NCBI GenBank assembly: GCA_040387635.1
Contig: JAZKDJ010000001.1
Coordinates: 311,453 to 375,452 of the forward strand
Reading direction: 5' to 3'
DNA: 64,000 bases
Origin: Patescibacteria group bacterium
Lineage (GTDB): Bacteria > Patescibacteriota > Minisyncoccia > Phycocordibacterales > PALSA-1337
How positions within the stretch are numbered: the stretch's first letter is position 1; each line of letters starts with the position of its first letter. The notes under the pieces are model-generated. The model was not told the origin of the DNA and did not search any database. It worked only from the letters and a program-made list of their open reading frames with translations. Positions 1-9,823 of this stretch are shown here, piece by piece. A program made the translations under genes and the position numbers.

Positions 1-180
1 ATAGGTTACGCTCCCTTCCCATAGCGTATCCAAAACCAAGGGAATCGTGAATGTCGTGTTTCGTGGAATTTAAAGCGACATCCATTAAAGCGGCCATGGG
101 GCTGTAAAACTCTACTACGCAATGTAGAAATGTATAAGAAAATCATATGCACCTGGGTTCGATTCCCAGCATCTCCACCA
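1..180 (+). ncRNA. ssrA: tmRNA, 3' part (5' end lies outside the window)
   Basis: Ends in a T-arm plus acceptor strand CTGGGTTCGATTCCCAGCATCTCCACCA, preceded by pseudoknot-like pairings (TACGCT/AGCGTA, ATGTCG/CGACAT) and a CTAC..GTAG hairpin; no tRNA D or anticodon arm. Confidence 0.85.
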
Positions 181-403
181 TTTAGTATCATACGCACACT
201 TATTGCTATTATTTCCAAAATCCACCCCCAATATTCCCCTCCCCTCCCAAAATACACCCATATATAGAGCCGTTTGAAAATTAATAAACATTAAAATCCC
301 ATGAATACACCTCAATAAAGCCGTAAAACCATAAAGTTTTTTCAAATTTCCGTCAAATCCTAGCTACTCACAAAGCTCATTTCCGAAGATGAATTTTTAG
401 TGC

Positions 404-431
404 TTGTCGGCCAAAAGTAGGCTGTTATACT
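404..431 (+). promoter_or_regulatory. sigma70-type promoter
   Basis: TTGTCG-16 nt-TATACT with extended TG. Confidence 0.55.
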
Positions 432-501
432 TGTACGACCATGGATGAAAACAAAGTGAAGATTAGAAAATAAACCATGGTAAACATTGAAAATTTAACA
501 A

Positions 502-2256
502 ATGAACATACTATCAAGTGCTCGAGGAATGGCTCTTGGAGCAGCACTGGTTCTAACTGTGATCTTAGGATCTGGCGTGAATCAGGTAGCGGCTCAGACG
601 ATTTCTTCTAATGGCTATACCGGTGCAGTGACGGTAAGCCCCTCTACTCCGACTGTTGGAAAGCAAATGACAATCGATGTAGGTATTACTAACTCATCCA
701 CCGGTATTCAGGACGGTATCGTCCAGGTACAGGTGTTCAATTCCTCAAACTCAAAGGTCTTTAGCAAAAACTTTGAGCATCAGGATGTTACTTCGGAACA
801 CAGTGTGAACCTTTCGGTTCCTTGGACACCGACGTCTGCGGGAAATTACTATGTAAAGGTTGGTGTTTTCAGCTCGACATGGAGCCAAAATCCGTTTTGG
901 ATAAATTCAATTAGTCCATTCACGGTGAAAACTGAAACTGTACAGACTCCAACTTCAACCTCTACACCGACAACTCCCCCTACCACGACAACTCCTACTA
1001 CCCCAACTTCACCGACCGTATCAGGTTCAGGTGCAGCAGCGGTAAAGAAACTGTATACAACAGCTACTGGAGGTAAGGAATGGTACTCAACATGGGACAA
1101 CGGTACTTCAAGAAAATTTAGTGGCGAAGATCCTCAGGATGCATGGTTTGATGCCGATCACGGTGACGCATCATACTCAGTAGACGGCAACGGTCATCTA
1201 TCGATCACAGGACAGTACCCTCGAATGTACATCCACGATCCAGCGCTCCAGAAAAGCTGGGGAAACGTTGAAATGACCGTGTATGCCAAGCGAGTTTCTG
1301 ACTCAAGCACACCTTGGGGAGGAATCGTAGGTATCGCACGAACCAATCACGGAACCACAGGTGATGAACTTCAAAACCCTTGTGACACCCGAGGTATTGG
1401 AGCACGAATGAGATATGACGGAAAACTCGACTTCGAGAAAGAAACTAGTCACCCAAGTTCTCAACCTGTACAAAGCAAGCAGCATTGGTCAGGAGGACTT
1501 CCTTACAACACATGGATTGGTTATAAGCATGTTGTGTACGACCTTCCAGACGGTAGCGTAAAGCAAGAACTCTGGATGGACACAACCGACGGTCTTAATG
1601 GCGGTGATTGGAAAAAGGTAAACGAATTCACTGACACCGGTTCGAACTTCGGCACAGCTGGAAAAGCATGTGCAGCAGGTATTAACCCAGGCATGAAACT
1701 AAATGCTGGAACAAGCCGAGCAGGTTCTGAATCAGGTAAACCAAACATCTCTGTTTATTGGAGAAGTGACGACGTTAACACAAACGGTCTAGTCTACAAG
1801 AAAATGAGCGTTCGAGAGATCAAGGCGTCGACAGCAACAACTCAGACTCCTACACCTACAATCTCTACAACAACAACTCCTACTACCCCTACCACGACTA
1901 CTACGACAAGCACTCCGGTAAGCGTTACTGCTAATGGATACACATCAACAATGTCCGTATCCCCTGCTATACCAGAAGTTGGTAAAGCTGCGACAGCGAA
2001 CGTAAAGGTCTCGACTACGGGATCAGGAATTACTAACGGAATCGTTCAAGTTCAGATCTTTAACTCTTCAAACTCAAAGATACTGAGCAAGAACTTTACA
2101 AGCCAAACCATTACATCTGGTAACCCCGTAAATGTATCGGTTCCTTGGACACCAGCTTCAGCTGGCAGCTATTACGTGAAGGTCGGTGTATTCAACTCAA
2201 CATGGAGCCAAAATCCATTTTGGGTAGATAACGCAGGATCCATCATAGTAAAATAG
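502..2256 (+). CDS. Secreted protein: two duplicated Ig-like domains flanking a putative carbohydrate-active beta-sandwich domain, with Thr/Pro-rich linkers
   Basis: Signal peptide; N- and C-terminal repeats (GIVQVQ.FNSSNSK...[25 protein letters not shown]); PT-rich linkers. Confidence 0.75.
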   Translation: MNILSSARGMALGAALVLTVILGSGVNQVAAQTISSNGYTGAVTVSPSTPTVGKQMTIDVGITNSSTGIQDGIVQVQVFNSSNSKVFSKNFEHQDVTSEHSVNLSVPWTPTSAGNYYVKVGVFSSTWSQNPFWINSISPFTVKTETVQTPTSTSTPTTPPTTTTPTTPTSPTVSGSGAAAVKKLYTTATGGKEWYSTWDNGTSRKFSGEDPQDAWFDADHGDASYSVDGNGHLSITGQYPRMYIHDPALQKSWGNVEMTVYAKRVSDSSTPWGGIVGIARTNHGTTGDELQNPCDTRGIGARMRYDGKLDFEKETSHPSSQPVQSKQHWSGGLPYNTWIGYKHVVYDLPDGSVKQELWMDTTDGLNGGDWKKVNEFTDTGSNFGTAGKACAAGINPGMKLNAGTSRAGSESGKPNISVYWRSDDVNTNGLVYKKMSVREIKASTATTQTPTPTISTTTTPTTPTTTTTTSTPVSVTANGYTSTMSVSPAIPEVGKAATANVKVSTTGSGITNGIVQVQIFNSSNSKILSKNFTSQTITSGNPVNVSVPWTPASAGSYYVKVGVFNSTWSQNPFWVDNAGSIIVK

Positions 2257-2277
2257 CATCCTGGCACACAGGTACAG

Positions 2278-2311
2278 AAACCACCCCCTCTATATATAGA
2301 GGGGGTGGTTT
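2278..2311 (+). terminator. Intrinsic terminator
   Basis: AAACCACCCCCTCTAT/ATAGAGGGGGTGGTTT inverted repeat followed by T-rich tail. Confidence 0.8.
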
Positions 2312-2385
2312 TGTTCTCGTTAATCTTCACTTAATAAAATAAACATAACATCAGACTCAGACTGCACTTTACAAGGAGGTTTAGA

Positions 2386-4059
2386 ATGAAAAAACTTATC
2401 TATATTATTGTTGTGTTAGCGCTCTATCGTGAAGGAACCGGTGAAGAACGAAGATTCAAACCAGAATCAACACCTCTTCCGGCCGCAATATTCCCTGCCA
2501 CGCCTGAGACACCCGAGATCCTCAAAGTCTCGTGGCCGTCATCTGCAGGCAAGGCATACGTCATCGAGACAACACCGTCGCTCGATATTCCATGGACAAC
2601 ATTCTCATTTGAACTCGGAGTTGATGAAGCAACTCGACGATCAATCGTCGTAGTGCCTTCAACAAAGTTCTTCCGGGTTTCGGAAGCGTCAACGTTTCAA
2701 ATCGACACCAGCGTAAATTGGTGCGTCGACTTCCCCAATCTTTCGTCGAACGAAGTACAGGAATGCAACGCCACATGGGTGTTTGATGATGAAGTCACCA
2801 ACTCCGTGAGTAGTGGCGGCATGTTGTCGCCACTCAGCCGGACGTATGAATCTCCAGGACTCAAATCGGCACAAGTGACGGTTGAGCGCGCTGGGGACAT
2901 TGTAAAAAGCGATTCCTGGGCCATCATGGTGACCAATGTTAATTTGATTGCTAACGGCGGCTTTGAGCAATCCTCAAACTCGCTGCCACTCAAATGGTTT
3001 AAGGGTGGGTACGGCACCAACACTCGATCACATACCTACCCCGTCCCTGGGGTAAATGGTAGTAGCAGAGCTGCACGTGTTGATATCACAAATAACACAT
3101 ACGGCGACGTCAAATGGTACAACGAACCAGTTCCAGTAACTGGAAACAGTACCTACGAAATAAGTTTGTATTACCACTCTACATCACCACTGAATCTCAC
3201 TGCGGAGACCAGGCTCACGAATAACAGCTTGACCTACCCATGGCTTACAACCGAACCAGCTTCGGTGTCGTGGCGCAAAGTTGTGATTCAATTCGTCACT
3301 CATCCTAACGCAAAAACAATAACGTTCTTCCCCGCCGTCACCAACGGATCACTGGTCATCGACGAAGCTTCCCTCACGAAGGTGTCTGGGCAACCAGTCA
3401 CGCCACGAGGCAGGGTCAGCTTGAGATTTGATGACGGGCATCGGGACACAACAATCACAACGTCCAACATCCTTCGTGGCCCCGGCTACAAAGGAAGCTA
3501 CTACATCGTCACAGATCGAGTGGGTCGCTCAGGGATCGTCACAGCGCAAGATGTGGTGAACCTGGACAAAGTTGGCCATGAAGTCGGCGGACATACGTTG
3601 ACCCATGCCGACCTTACTACACTCAGTCTGGCAACAGCCGAGCGAGAGATTAATCTCTGCCGCGATGCACTCCTCTCATGGGGAGTGAGATCAGTAACCA
3701 CGTTTGCATACCCGTTTGGTTCTTACAACGCCACAGTAAGGCAGCTGACAAAAGAAGCTGGCTATGCTGCAGCGTGCGGAACCGGGAGCGGACTTAATGA
3801 CAAAGCCACACTTGATCCATATGCACTGAAAGGCACGAGCATTCGCTCTTCCATGACAGTGGATAATGTGAAGGCCATGATTGACCAGGCTTTGCTCGAG
3901 AATAAGTGGCTCATTCTAACCTTCCATCACGTTGATTCCACCGTGTCGGAATATAGCGTTACCCCTGCCTACTTTCAGCAGGTGGTAAACTATCTCGTTT
4001 CAAAAAACGCACAAGTAGTAACTGTCCGTGAAGGACACAAACTTCTTACTGCACCGTGA
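2386..4059 (+). CDS. Secreted polysaccharide deacetylase (CE4/NodB) with PKD-like and CBM4/9-like domains
   Basis: RFDDG, H(T)xxH (GGHTLTHADL) and FAYPFG motifs; NLIANGGFE CBM start; strong SD AAGGAGGT upstream. Confidence 0.85.
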   Translation: MKKLIYIIVVLALYREGTGEERRFKPESTPLPAAIFPATPETPEILKVSWPSSAGKAYVIETTPSLDIPWTTFSFELGVDEATRRSIVVVPSTKFFRVSEASTFQIDTSVNWCVDFPNLSSNEVQECNATWVFDDEVTNSVSSGGMLSPLSRTYESPGLKSAQVTVERAGDIVKSDSWAIMVTNVNLIANGGFEQSSNSLPLKWFKGGYGTNTRSHTYPVPGVNGSSRAARVDITNNTYGDVKWYNEPVPVTGNSTYEISLYYHSTSPLNLTAETRLTNNSLTYPWLTTEPASVSWRKVVIQFVTHPNAKTITFFPAVTNGSLVIDEASLTKVSGQPVTPRGRVSLRFDDGHRDTTITTSNILRGPGYKGSYYIVTDRVGRSGIVTAQDVVNLDKVGHEVGGHTLTHADLTTLSLATAEREINLCRDALLSWGVRSVTTFAYPFGSYNATVRQLTKEAGYAAACGTGSGLNDKATLDPYALKGTSIRSSMTVDNVKAMIDQALLENKWLILTFHHVDSTVSEYSVTPAYFQQVVNYLVSKNAQVVTVREGHKLLTAP

Positions 4060-4078
4060 GGTGTGGATCCCAAACAAC

Positions 4079-4118
4079 AAATTGCCTGGCGGCTCTCGCT
4101 GCCAGGCAATTTTCTTTC
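4079..4118 (+). terminator. Intrinsic terminator
   Basis: AAATTGCCTGGC/GCCAGGCAATTT plus T tract. Confidence 0.8.
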
Positions 4119-4167
4119 ATATAGCTTTCATCATTTACTTGTAAGATTTTATTAAATTGTTCTTTTT

Positions 4168-4722
4168 ATGACTACGCTTGAAGAAATCCCTGATTCCACA
4201 GTTTCTATAAAAGTGGAGGACGCTCAATTTATTATTGGCCTTGGCGAACGTTTGAGAAAAGCCATGGACTCAAGCAGCCCTCATGCCACGCATGAGGAGA
4301 TTGCGCCACCTACACACAGGATGTATGTCGAGCTTCTCGGCAAAAGTCCTTGGCTGGCTTTAAATTCCAAAGGTGAGGAACTCGTTATTTCCAATAACCT
4401 CGAGTATGCACGCGATGGTTGGGCGGGCTTGTACGAGCATTTTTATCCCAACCTTTTAGACAACAGCACGTTCGGTGCATGGATGAATCTCCTGCCCCAG
4501 CCTGTTTCTCTCAGGTTTGATGATAGTGCTGGGACTATGGCTGCCATCATTTCTTGGAACGGACACGAGCCCCGAGTCCATCAATCAGAAAAAATGATAC
4601 GGTATCGCATACCAGCAGTGCAATGTTGCTCTCGTGCAATACTCGGCCGATGGGAGTGGGCGCGGGCCGAAGTGTATGTCAAAGCTTGGGAGCACATGAC
4701 TTCATTTACACCTGCCAAATGA
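4168..4722 (+). CDS. Hypothetical protein (orphan)
   Basis: 184-aa ORF bounded by terminators; no recognisable motif. Confidence 0.6.
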   Translation: MTTLEEIPDSTVSIKVEDAQFIIGLGERLRKAMDSSSPHATHEEIAPPTHRMYVELLGKSPWLALNSKGEELVISNNLEYARDGWAGLYEHFYPNLLDNSTFGAWMNLLPQPVSLRFDDSAGTMAAIISWNGHEPRVHQSEKMIRYRIPAVQCCSRAILGRWEWARAEVYVKAWEHMTSFTPAK

Positions 4723-4734
4723 AAAACAAATTTC

Positions 4735-4765
4735 AAGGCGGTCTGCATGCAGACCGCCTTTTCTT
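4735..4765 (+). terminator. Intrinsic terminator
   Basis: AAGGCGGTCTGCA/TGCAGACCGCCTT palindrome plus T tract. Confidence 0.8.
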
Positions 4766-4882
4766 GTCCTCTCTTGTCTTTCATCTGTCTTTCATGGAGA
4801 TAACTTATGCTTGAAATACTTAGCGATAAGTGCAAAAAGAAACAGCTAATAGATTACCCAGCACAAAAAATAATAACGACTT

Positions 4883-6232
4883 ATGAGCAAACATGAAAAG
4901 AAAACAATATGCATTGTTGGATTGGGTTATGTAGGACTACCGCTTGCAGTCCTTGCGGCCAAGAAAGGATACAACGTTATAGGCATTGATAAGGACGAAA
5001 CAAAAGTCACGCTTCTAAATAACAACATACTTCCCTTTCAGGACGACAAGAAGATGGCAGAAGATTTTAAAAAAGTTAAAATTGAAGCGACAAATACTTT
5101 TGAAAGAGTCGGCGAAACCTCCATCGCAATCGTTTGTGTACCAACCCCTGTTGATGAAGCGCACAATCCAGATCTTGGCCCAGTGAAAAGCGCTGTAAGC
5201 GGCATTGGTAAATACATAAGCAAAGGCCATTTGGTGATCATCGAATCTACAATTAACCCTGGCGTATGCGAGAGTATCATTTTACCTATCCTAGAAAAAA
5301 CTTCTGGACTAAAAGCTGGAAAAGATTTTTATCTTTCACACTGCCCTGAACGAATCAACCCTGGAGACAAGAAATGGACGGTAAGAAATATTCCTAGAGT
5401 TGTAGGAAGTCTCGAGTCAGCAGGTCTCAAAAAGACAGTAGCATTCTACAAATCAATCGTTGAAGCTGAGATTCGCCCTATGGCCTCCCTTAAGGAAGCA
5501 GAAGCAGTAAAGATCGTAGAGAATGCATTCCGAGACATCAACATCGCTTTCGTAAACGAGCTTGCTCAGTCCTTCTCGCATCTCAATATAGATACGGTCA
5601 ACGTGATCAATGGCGCGGCCACAAAGCCTTTCTCATTCCTTCCCCATTACCCATCATGTGGCGTAGGAGGACACTGTATTCCAGTTGATCCATACTATCT
5701 TATTGATTACGCGCGACGAAACGGCTTCAATCACCGATTCCTCTCTCTTGCTCGAAACATTAACAACAGCATGCCACAGTTTACTGTTGATTTAGCAAAA
5801 GAACTTCTTGGTGAAAAAAATATTCCAATCTCAAAAGCAAAAATTACTGTGCTTGGACTTTCATACAAAGCAAACGTCAGTGACTGTCGTGAGAGTCCTT
5901 CCTTCAAAATAATTGAGGAACTCAAGCACCAAGGAGCCGACGTTGCAGTTTATGATCCATACGTCAAAGAGAAATCAACCGTAAATTCTACTGAGGAAGC
6001 AGTCAACAAAGCGGATGTTGTTATCATTGCCGCAGCGCACAAGGAATTCTGCAACCTGACGCCAAAATTCTTTCTAAAGCACAAGGTTAATGCAATTGTC
6101 GACGGACAAAACTGTCTTAACAAGGAGAAATTTACAGCAGCGGGAATTATCTACGAAGGAATAGGCCGACATCATTATCATGACAACCTCAACACTCACC
6201 ACAGAAACATCAAACAGAAAGCTCTACAATAG
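4883..6232 (+). CDS. UDP-N-acetylhexosamine 6-dehydrogenase (WecC/WbpA type)
   Basis: GLGYVGLP Rossmann motif, CVPTP, PERINPG, catalytic GGHCIPVDPYYL, D.RESPS. Confidence 0.9.
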   Translation: MSKHEKKTICIVGLGYVGLPLAVLAAKKGYNVIGIDKDETKVTLLNNNILPFQDDKKMAEDFKKVKIEATNTFERVGETSIAIVCVPTPVDEAHNPDLGPVKSAVSGIGKYISKGHLVIIESTINPGVCESIILPILEKTSGLKAGKDFYLSHCPERINPGDKKWTVRNIPRVVGSLESAGLKKTVAFYKSIVEAEIRPMASLKEAEAVKIVENAFRDINIAFVNELAQSFSHLNIDTVNVINGAATKPFSFLPHYPSCGVGGHCIPVDPYYLIDYARRNGFNHRFLSLARNINNSMPQFTVDLAKELLGEKNIPISKAKITVLGLSYKANVSDCRESPSFKIIEELKHQGADVAVYDPYVKEKSTVNSTEEAVNKADVVIIAAAHKEFCNLTPKFFLKHKVNAIVDGQNCLNKEKFTAAGIIYEGIGRHHYHDNLNTHHRNIKQKALQ

Positions 6233-7505
6233 CATCATAATCATCCTCACATGTATTGTTATTGTAGGCATCATCGTAGTTAAATCGAGGAACTTCAATG
6301 ATTTCTCGGGTGACTATTTCCTGATCTCCTACGCACTTCTAGTTACCCTCTTTCAGACCTCGCGTGTTGTAAGTGCCCTACTCTACAAATATTCAAACAA
6401 AGGTCTTCTTGCACCCCCGTCGGACTGGAACGCAAACGATACCTATGAACCTATCGTCACCTTCGTCGTGCCATGCAAAAACGAAGAAGGCGCAATTAGG
6501 AACACAGTAACAAAATGCCTTGATGCAAATTACCCCAAAGACAAAATCGAAGTTATCGTTATTAATGACGGAAGTACCGATCGTACCGGAGAAATTCTCG
6601 ATGAAATGAAAAAGGAACTTCCGGAACGACTTACAATCATTCATTGGAAAAAGAACCGAGGCAAGCGCCATGGCATGGCTGAGGGATTCGCGAGAGCACG
6701 AGGAGAAATTATTGTGCAGCTTGATAGTGATAGCTACATCATGCCTGATAACTTCAAGAAGCTTATTGAGCCATTTAGGAATGAATCTATTGGTGCAGTA
6801 TGTGCACATGCCGATCCAGACAACTCAGACGAAAATATGCTAACGAGAATGCAGGCGGCATACTACTTCGTTTCATTCAGAATCATGAAAGCCGCAGAAT
6901 CAACCTACGGCCTAGTCTTCTGCTGCAGTGGCTGCTGTTCCGCATACCGTAAAACAGCTGTGATGCCCATCATGGAGCAATGGCTCAATGAACAATTCTT
7001 AGGAGCACTCGTCACATGGGGTGATGACCGAAGTCTCACGAGCTGGGTTATTCGCCAGGGATACAAAACCATTTACACCGACCAGGCAAAATCTGTAACC
7101 ATTGTGCCGTCTACTCTGAGACAATTCATCGTCCAACAGGTACGATGGAAAAAAAGCTGGATCATTAACGCATTCTTTACAGGACGGTTCATTATCAAAA
7201 AAGAACCTTTCATTGCTCTGCTGTATTACTATCCACTTATCCTAATAAGCATTCTTACGCCATTCATGGCAGCGCGTGCACTTGTTTACATGCCCTTCAC
7301 CATAGGAGTAGCAAGTACACTGTACTACCTCCTTGGAATTGCACTGGTAACTTCCCTCTTTATTCTCGTGTACCGTGCCATCGCTCCTGAAAATAAATAC
7401 TGGCCATACATGTACGCATGGTCTGGCTTCAGTACATTTTTTCTAACGTTCCTTATCTTCTATGCCGCAGCAACTCTCCAGAATCGAGGCTGGGGTACGC
7501 GTTAA
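6180..7505 (+). CDS. Processive GT2 glycosyltransferase, hyaluronan synthase/NodC-like
   Basis: DGS, DSD, SGCCSAYR, GDDRSLT and QQVRW motifs, C-terminal WGTR, N- and C-terminal TM helices. Confidence 0.85.
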   Translation: MTTSTLTTETSNRKLYNSIIIILTCIVIVGIIVVKSRNFNDFSGDYFLISYALLVTLFQTSRVVSALLYKYSNKGLLAPPSDWNANDTYEPIVTFVVPCKNEEGAIRNTVTKCLDANYPKDKIEVIVINDGSTDRTGEILDEMKKELPERLTIIHWKKNRGKRHGMAEGFARARGEIIVQLDSDSYIMPDNFKKLIEPFRNESIGAVCAHADPDNSDENMLTRMQAAYYFVSFRIMKAAESTYGLVFCCSGCCSAYRKTAVMPIMEQWLNEQFLGALVTWGDDRSLTSWVIRQGYKTIYTDQAKSVTIVPSTLRQFIVQQVRWKKSWIINAFFTGRFIIKKEPFIALLYYYPLILISILTPFMAARALVYMPFTIGVASTLYYLLGIALVTSLFILVYRAIAPENKYWPYMYAWSGFSTFFLTFLIFYAAATLQNRGWGTR

Positions 7506-7514
7506 AACAATCAC

Positions 7515-9065
7515 ATGACTCACCTTCAGAAAATGAAACTTTATTTTATCCTATTCAGCATCGGCATCCTCATCGCCGGATACTTTATTGCTACTGGATA
7601 TCACACTGCTTCCTTCAAACTGACACGGAACATGGCTGCGTGGAAATATCATGCTCGGGCCGAGAAGGCTGGAGTTGATCAGGTTGTATATGCTCAACCA
7701 TCAAGCAGAGAGCAAGCAATTCCAGTCATCGTATATCACGGCCTTCTGGAAGAAGAAGATTCTGACCGACCAAACTTTACAACTGAAAAATTTGAAGATC
7801 ACATATTTTCACTCAAGAAGGCTGGGTACAATTCAATAACTGTTGATGATCTTTATAAATTTCTCAAAAATGAAGCTACACTGCCTCCCAATCCAATCCT
7901 AATCACCTTCGACGACGGACGCACCGACAGCCTCAAATTCGCAGATCCGATATTGCGAGCCGTACATTACAACGCTGTTATGTTCGCTATTGGTACACAC
8001 TCTATTGGCAATGAGCGTAGAGGAAAATATTACCTGACGCCTTTTGAGCTCAAGTCCATGGCCAACACCGATGTGTGGGACGTGGAGGCTCATAGTTTCG
8101 ATGGTCACGGCAACTATCCCCTCTCTGGAGACGAAAACGATACCGGACATTTCTTCGGATCTGCTTTTTGGCTTCAGAATGAGAACCGAAGCGAAACTCC
8201 GGAAGAATCCGCAGAACGAATCAGTAACGACATGCAAAAAATCAAAAGCAACTTGGAAGAAAGTTTGGAGAAGCCTGTCATCTCGTTCGCATATCCCTTC
8301 GGAGATTACGGACAAAATAATTTCAGGCAACCTCACATGCGAGATATAACACTTGCGGCAACCAAACAATTCTACAAGCTAGCCTTTTATCAAAACGCTC
8401 CAGGATATCGATACACCCTCGCCTATCGAGATCCCGACAAAGTGAATGAGGATTTCTTTCTGATTCGAAGAATCAACATTGATGCATCTATGTCAGGTGA
8501 AGACCTCGTCAAAGCAATAGAGAGAGGTCAACTCAAAGATCTCCCCTTTGAAGACGACTTCTCAATGGCCAGAGGTTGGATATCACAGTGGGGTGAGTCA
8601 ACAATCGCTCCCAATAAACTTTCGCTTCGACCAGAGCCTGGAGGAACAGGTGGAGATGTTGTTCTTGATGGTTCTCAACTATGGAGGAACTACGAGGTAA
8701 CTGCAGAAGTAGAGTCTACAAACCGCACTGGAGTATACATCATCGTAAGGTTTGCTGATGACAAAAATTATGCTGGATGCAATTTCTCTAACGGATTCAT
8801 CCACGTGCAGGATATCGTCGACGGCAAAACTCGCGTCGCAAAGGGTGTGAGGTCATCAAATATTTCTATTCCTAGTGGAAACTTTACAATCAAAGCCTCC
8901 GTGAAAGACAGAACCCTTCAATGCACCATGGGAGGAACAACTGTTTCAACTGAATTCCTTGATGAATCTCTCAACAAAGGCGGCGTAGGTTTTAAAGCAT
9001 GGGATGAAACTCCAGGCCTCAGCGATGTACATATTAGGAATGTGAGTGTTACGCCTTTGGAATAA
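7515..9065 (+). CDS. Membrane-anchored polysaccharide deacetylase (PgaB/IcaB-like) with C-terminal DUF1080-like beta domain
   Basis: IPVIVYHG, ITFDDG, EAHSFDGH, FAYPFG; C-terminal W.NYEV...GGVGF. Confidence 0.85.
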   Translation: MTHLQKMKLYFILFSIGILIAGYFIATGYHTASFKLTRNMAAWKYHARAEKAGVDQVVYAQPSSREQAIPVIVYHGLLEEEDSDRPNFTTEKFEDHIFSLKKAGYNSITVDDLYKFLKNEATLPPNPILITFDDGRTDSLKFADPILRAVHYNAVMFAIGTHSIGNERRGKYYLTPFELKSMANTDVWDVEAHSFDGHGNYPLSGDENDTGHFFGSAFWLQNENRSETPEESAERISNDMQKIKSNLEESLEKPVISFAYPFGDYGQNNFRQPHMRDITLAATKQFYKLAFYQNAPGYRYTLAYRDPDKVNEDFFLIRRINIDASMSGEDLVKAIERGQLKDLPFEDDFSMARGWISQWGESTIAPNKLSLRPEPGGTGGDVVLDGSQLWRNYEVTAEVESTNRTGVYIIVRFADDKNYAGCNFSNGFIHVQDIVDGKTRVAKGVRSSNISIPSGNFTIKASVKDRTLQCTMGGTTVSTEFLDESLNKGGVGFKAWDETPGLSDVHIRNVSVTPLE

Positions 9066-9102
9066 TTGAGTGAAGCCCACCTCGTGAAGGTCTTCTCTTT
9101 TG

Positions 9103-9130
9103 TTGCCAAACTCCCCTTTTCGCCTATACT
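9103..9130 (+). promoter_or_regulatory. sigma70-type promoter of orphan gene
   Basis: TTGCCA-16 nt-TATACT. Confidence 0.6.
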
Positions 9131-9154
9131 GCAATAAGAACAACAAAATAGCTT

Positions 9155-9640
9155 ATGACTGCAGCGATACGCGGAACGTTTAGCAAAGCAATGGCGCTTA
9201 ATAGCATTCTTTACAATCTTCCGCTCGCACATCGCGAGACGGTGGCCGCACACGAAGACGACGAGCCGAAATTTTGGATGAGGGAGACAAACCTCATTGA
9301 AGACTCTGAAATTCTCAGGATGTGGCGCGAGCTGCAAAGTTCCGACATCCTGGTTCAAGCTCGTGGGCATTCACGGCTCATGATCGCCCTCGGGGCAATT
9401 GTCCATCGATTCCATTGGCTGGTAAGAAACCACAATGATGAAATCATGGGGTGGTACGACGCTAAAAAATTGTGCCCCGTACGGAGAGCAATTGAGCGCC
9501 GCTACAAGGTGATCGATTCGAATGCTCCGTGCTTCGTGTTCCCCACCAGCGATCCGCGAAATGTTTCAATGCATCTCGCAGCCATGATCATCATGGCCGA
9601 ACTGTTCTCTTATCTTCCACCTGTGGGCGAAAGCAAATAA
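9155..9640 (+). CDS. Hypothetical protein (orphan)
   Basis: 161-aa ORF with own promoter and terminator. Confidence 0.6.
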   Translation: MTAAIRGTFSKAMALNSILYNLPLAHRETVAAHEDDEPKFWMRETNLIEDSEILRMWRELQSSDILVQARGHSRLMIALGAIVHRFHWLVRNHNDEIMGWYDAKKLCPVRRAIERRYKVIDSNAPCFVFPTSDPRNVSMHLAAMIIMAELFSYLPPVGESK

Positions 9641-9660
9641 ATATCGCACACGTTTCAAGC

Positions 9661-9691
9661 AAGCTGGCTCGCAAGGGTCAGCTTTCTTTTT
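9661..9691 (+). terminator. Intrinsic terminator
   Basis: AAGCTGGCTC-GCAA-GGGTCAGCTT plus T tract. Confidence 0.7.
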
Positions 9692-9823
9692 ACCTAATTG
9701 TTATTTTTTAGCTAAGCCTTGATCTTATTCAGAAGAATGGTAAAACAATATATATTTATTGTAATACGATAAATGATGTGATACGATTATTTTACTGAAT
9801 TAACACATAAATTTTTCACCATT

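Noticed and set aside
145-180. Possible tRNA
   Set aside because: Only a T-arm and acceptor 3' strand are present; upstream sequence fits tmRNA, not a cloverleaf
6-345. Two short minus-strand ORFs
   Set aside because: They overlap the tmRNA and low-complexity spacer and are not protein-like
940-1020. Short tandem-like repeats (also ~1830-1920, 29390-29450, 46740-46812) as CRISPR or VNTR
   Set aside because: Degenerate codon repeats encoding Thr/Pro, Ala/Pro or Gly/Thr linkers; no repeat-spacer periodicity and no cas genes
601-2253. Duplicated domains as a DGR template/variable repeat pair
   Set aside because: Differences are not adenine-specific, both copies are in-frame in one gene, and there is no reverse transcriptase in the window
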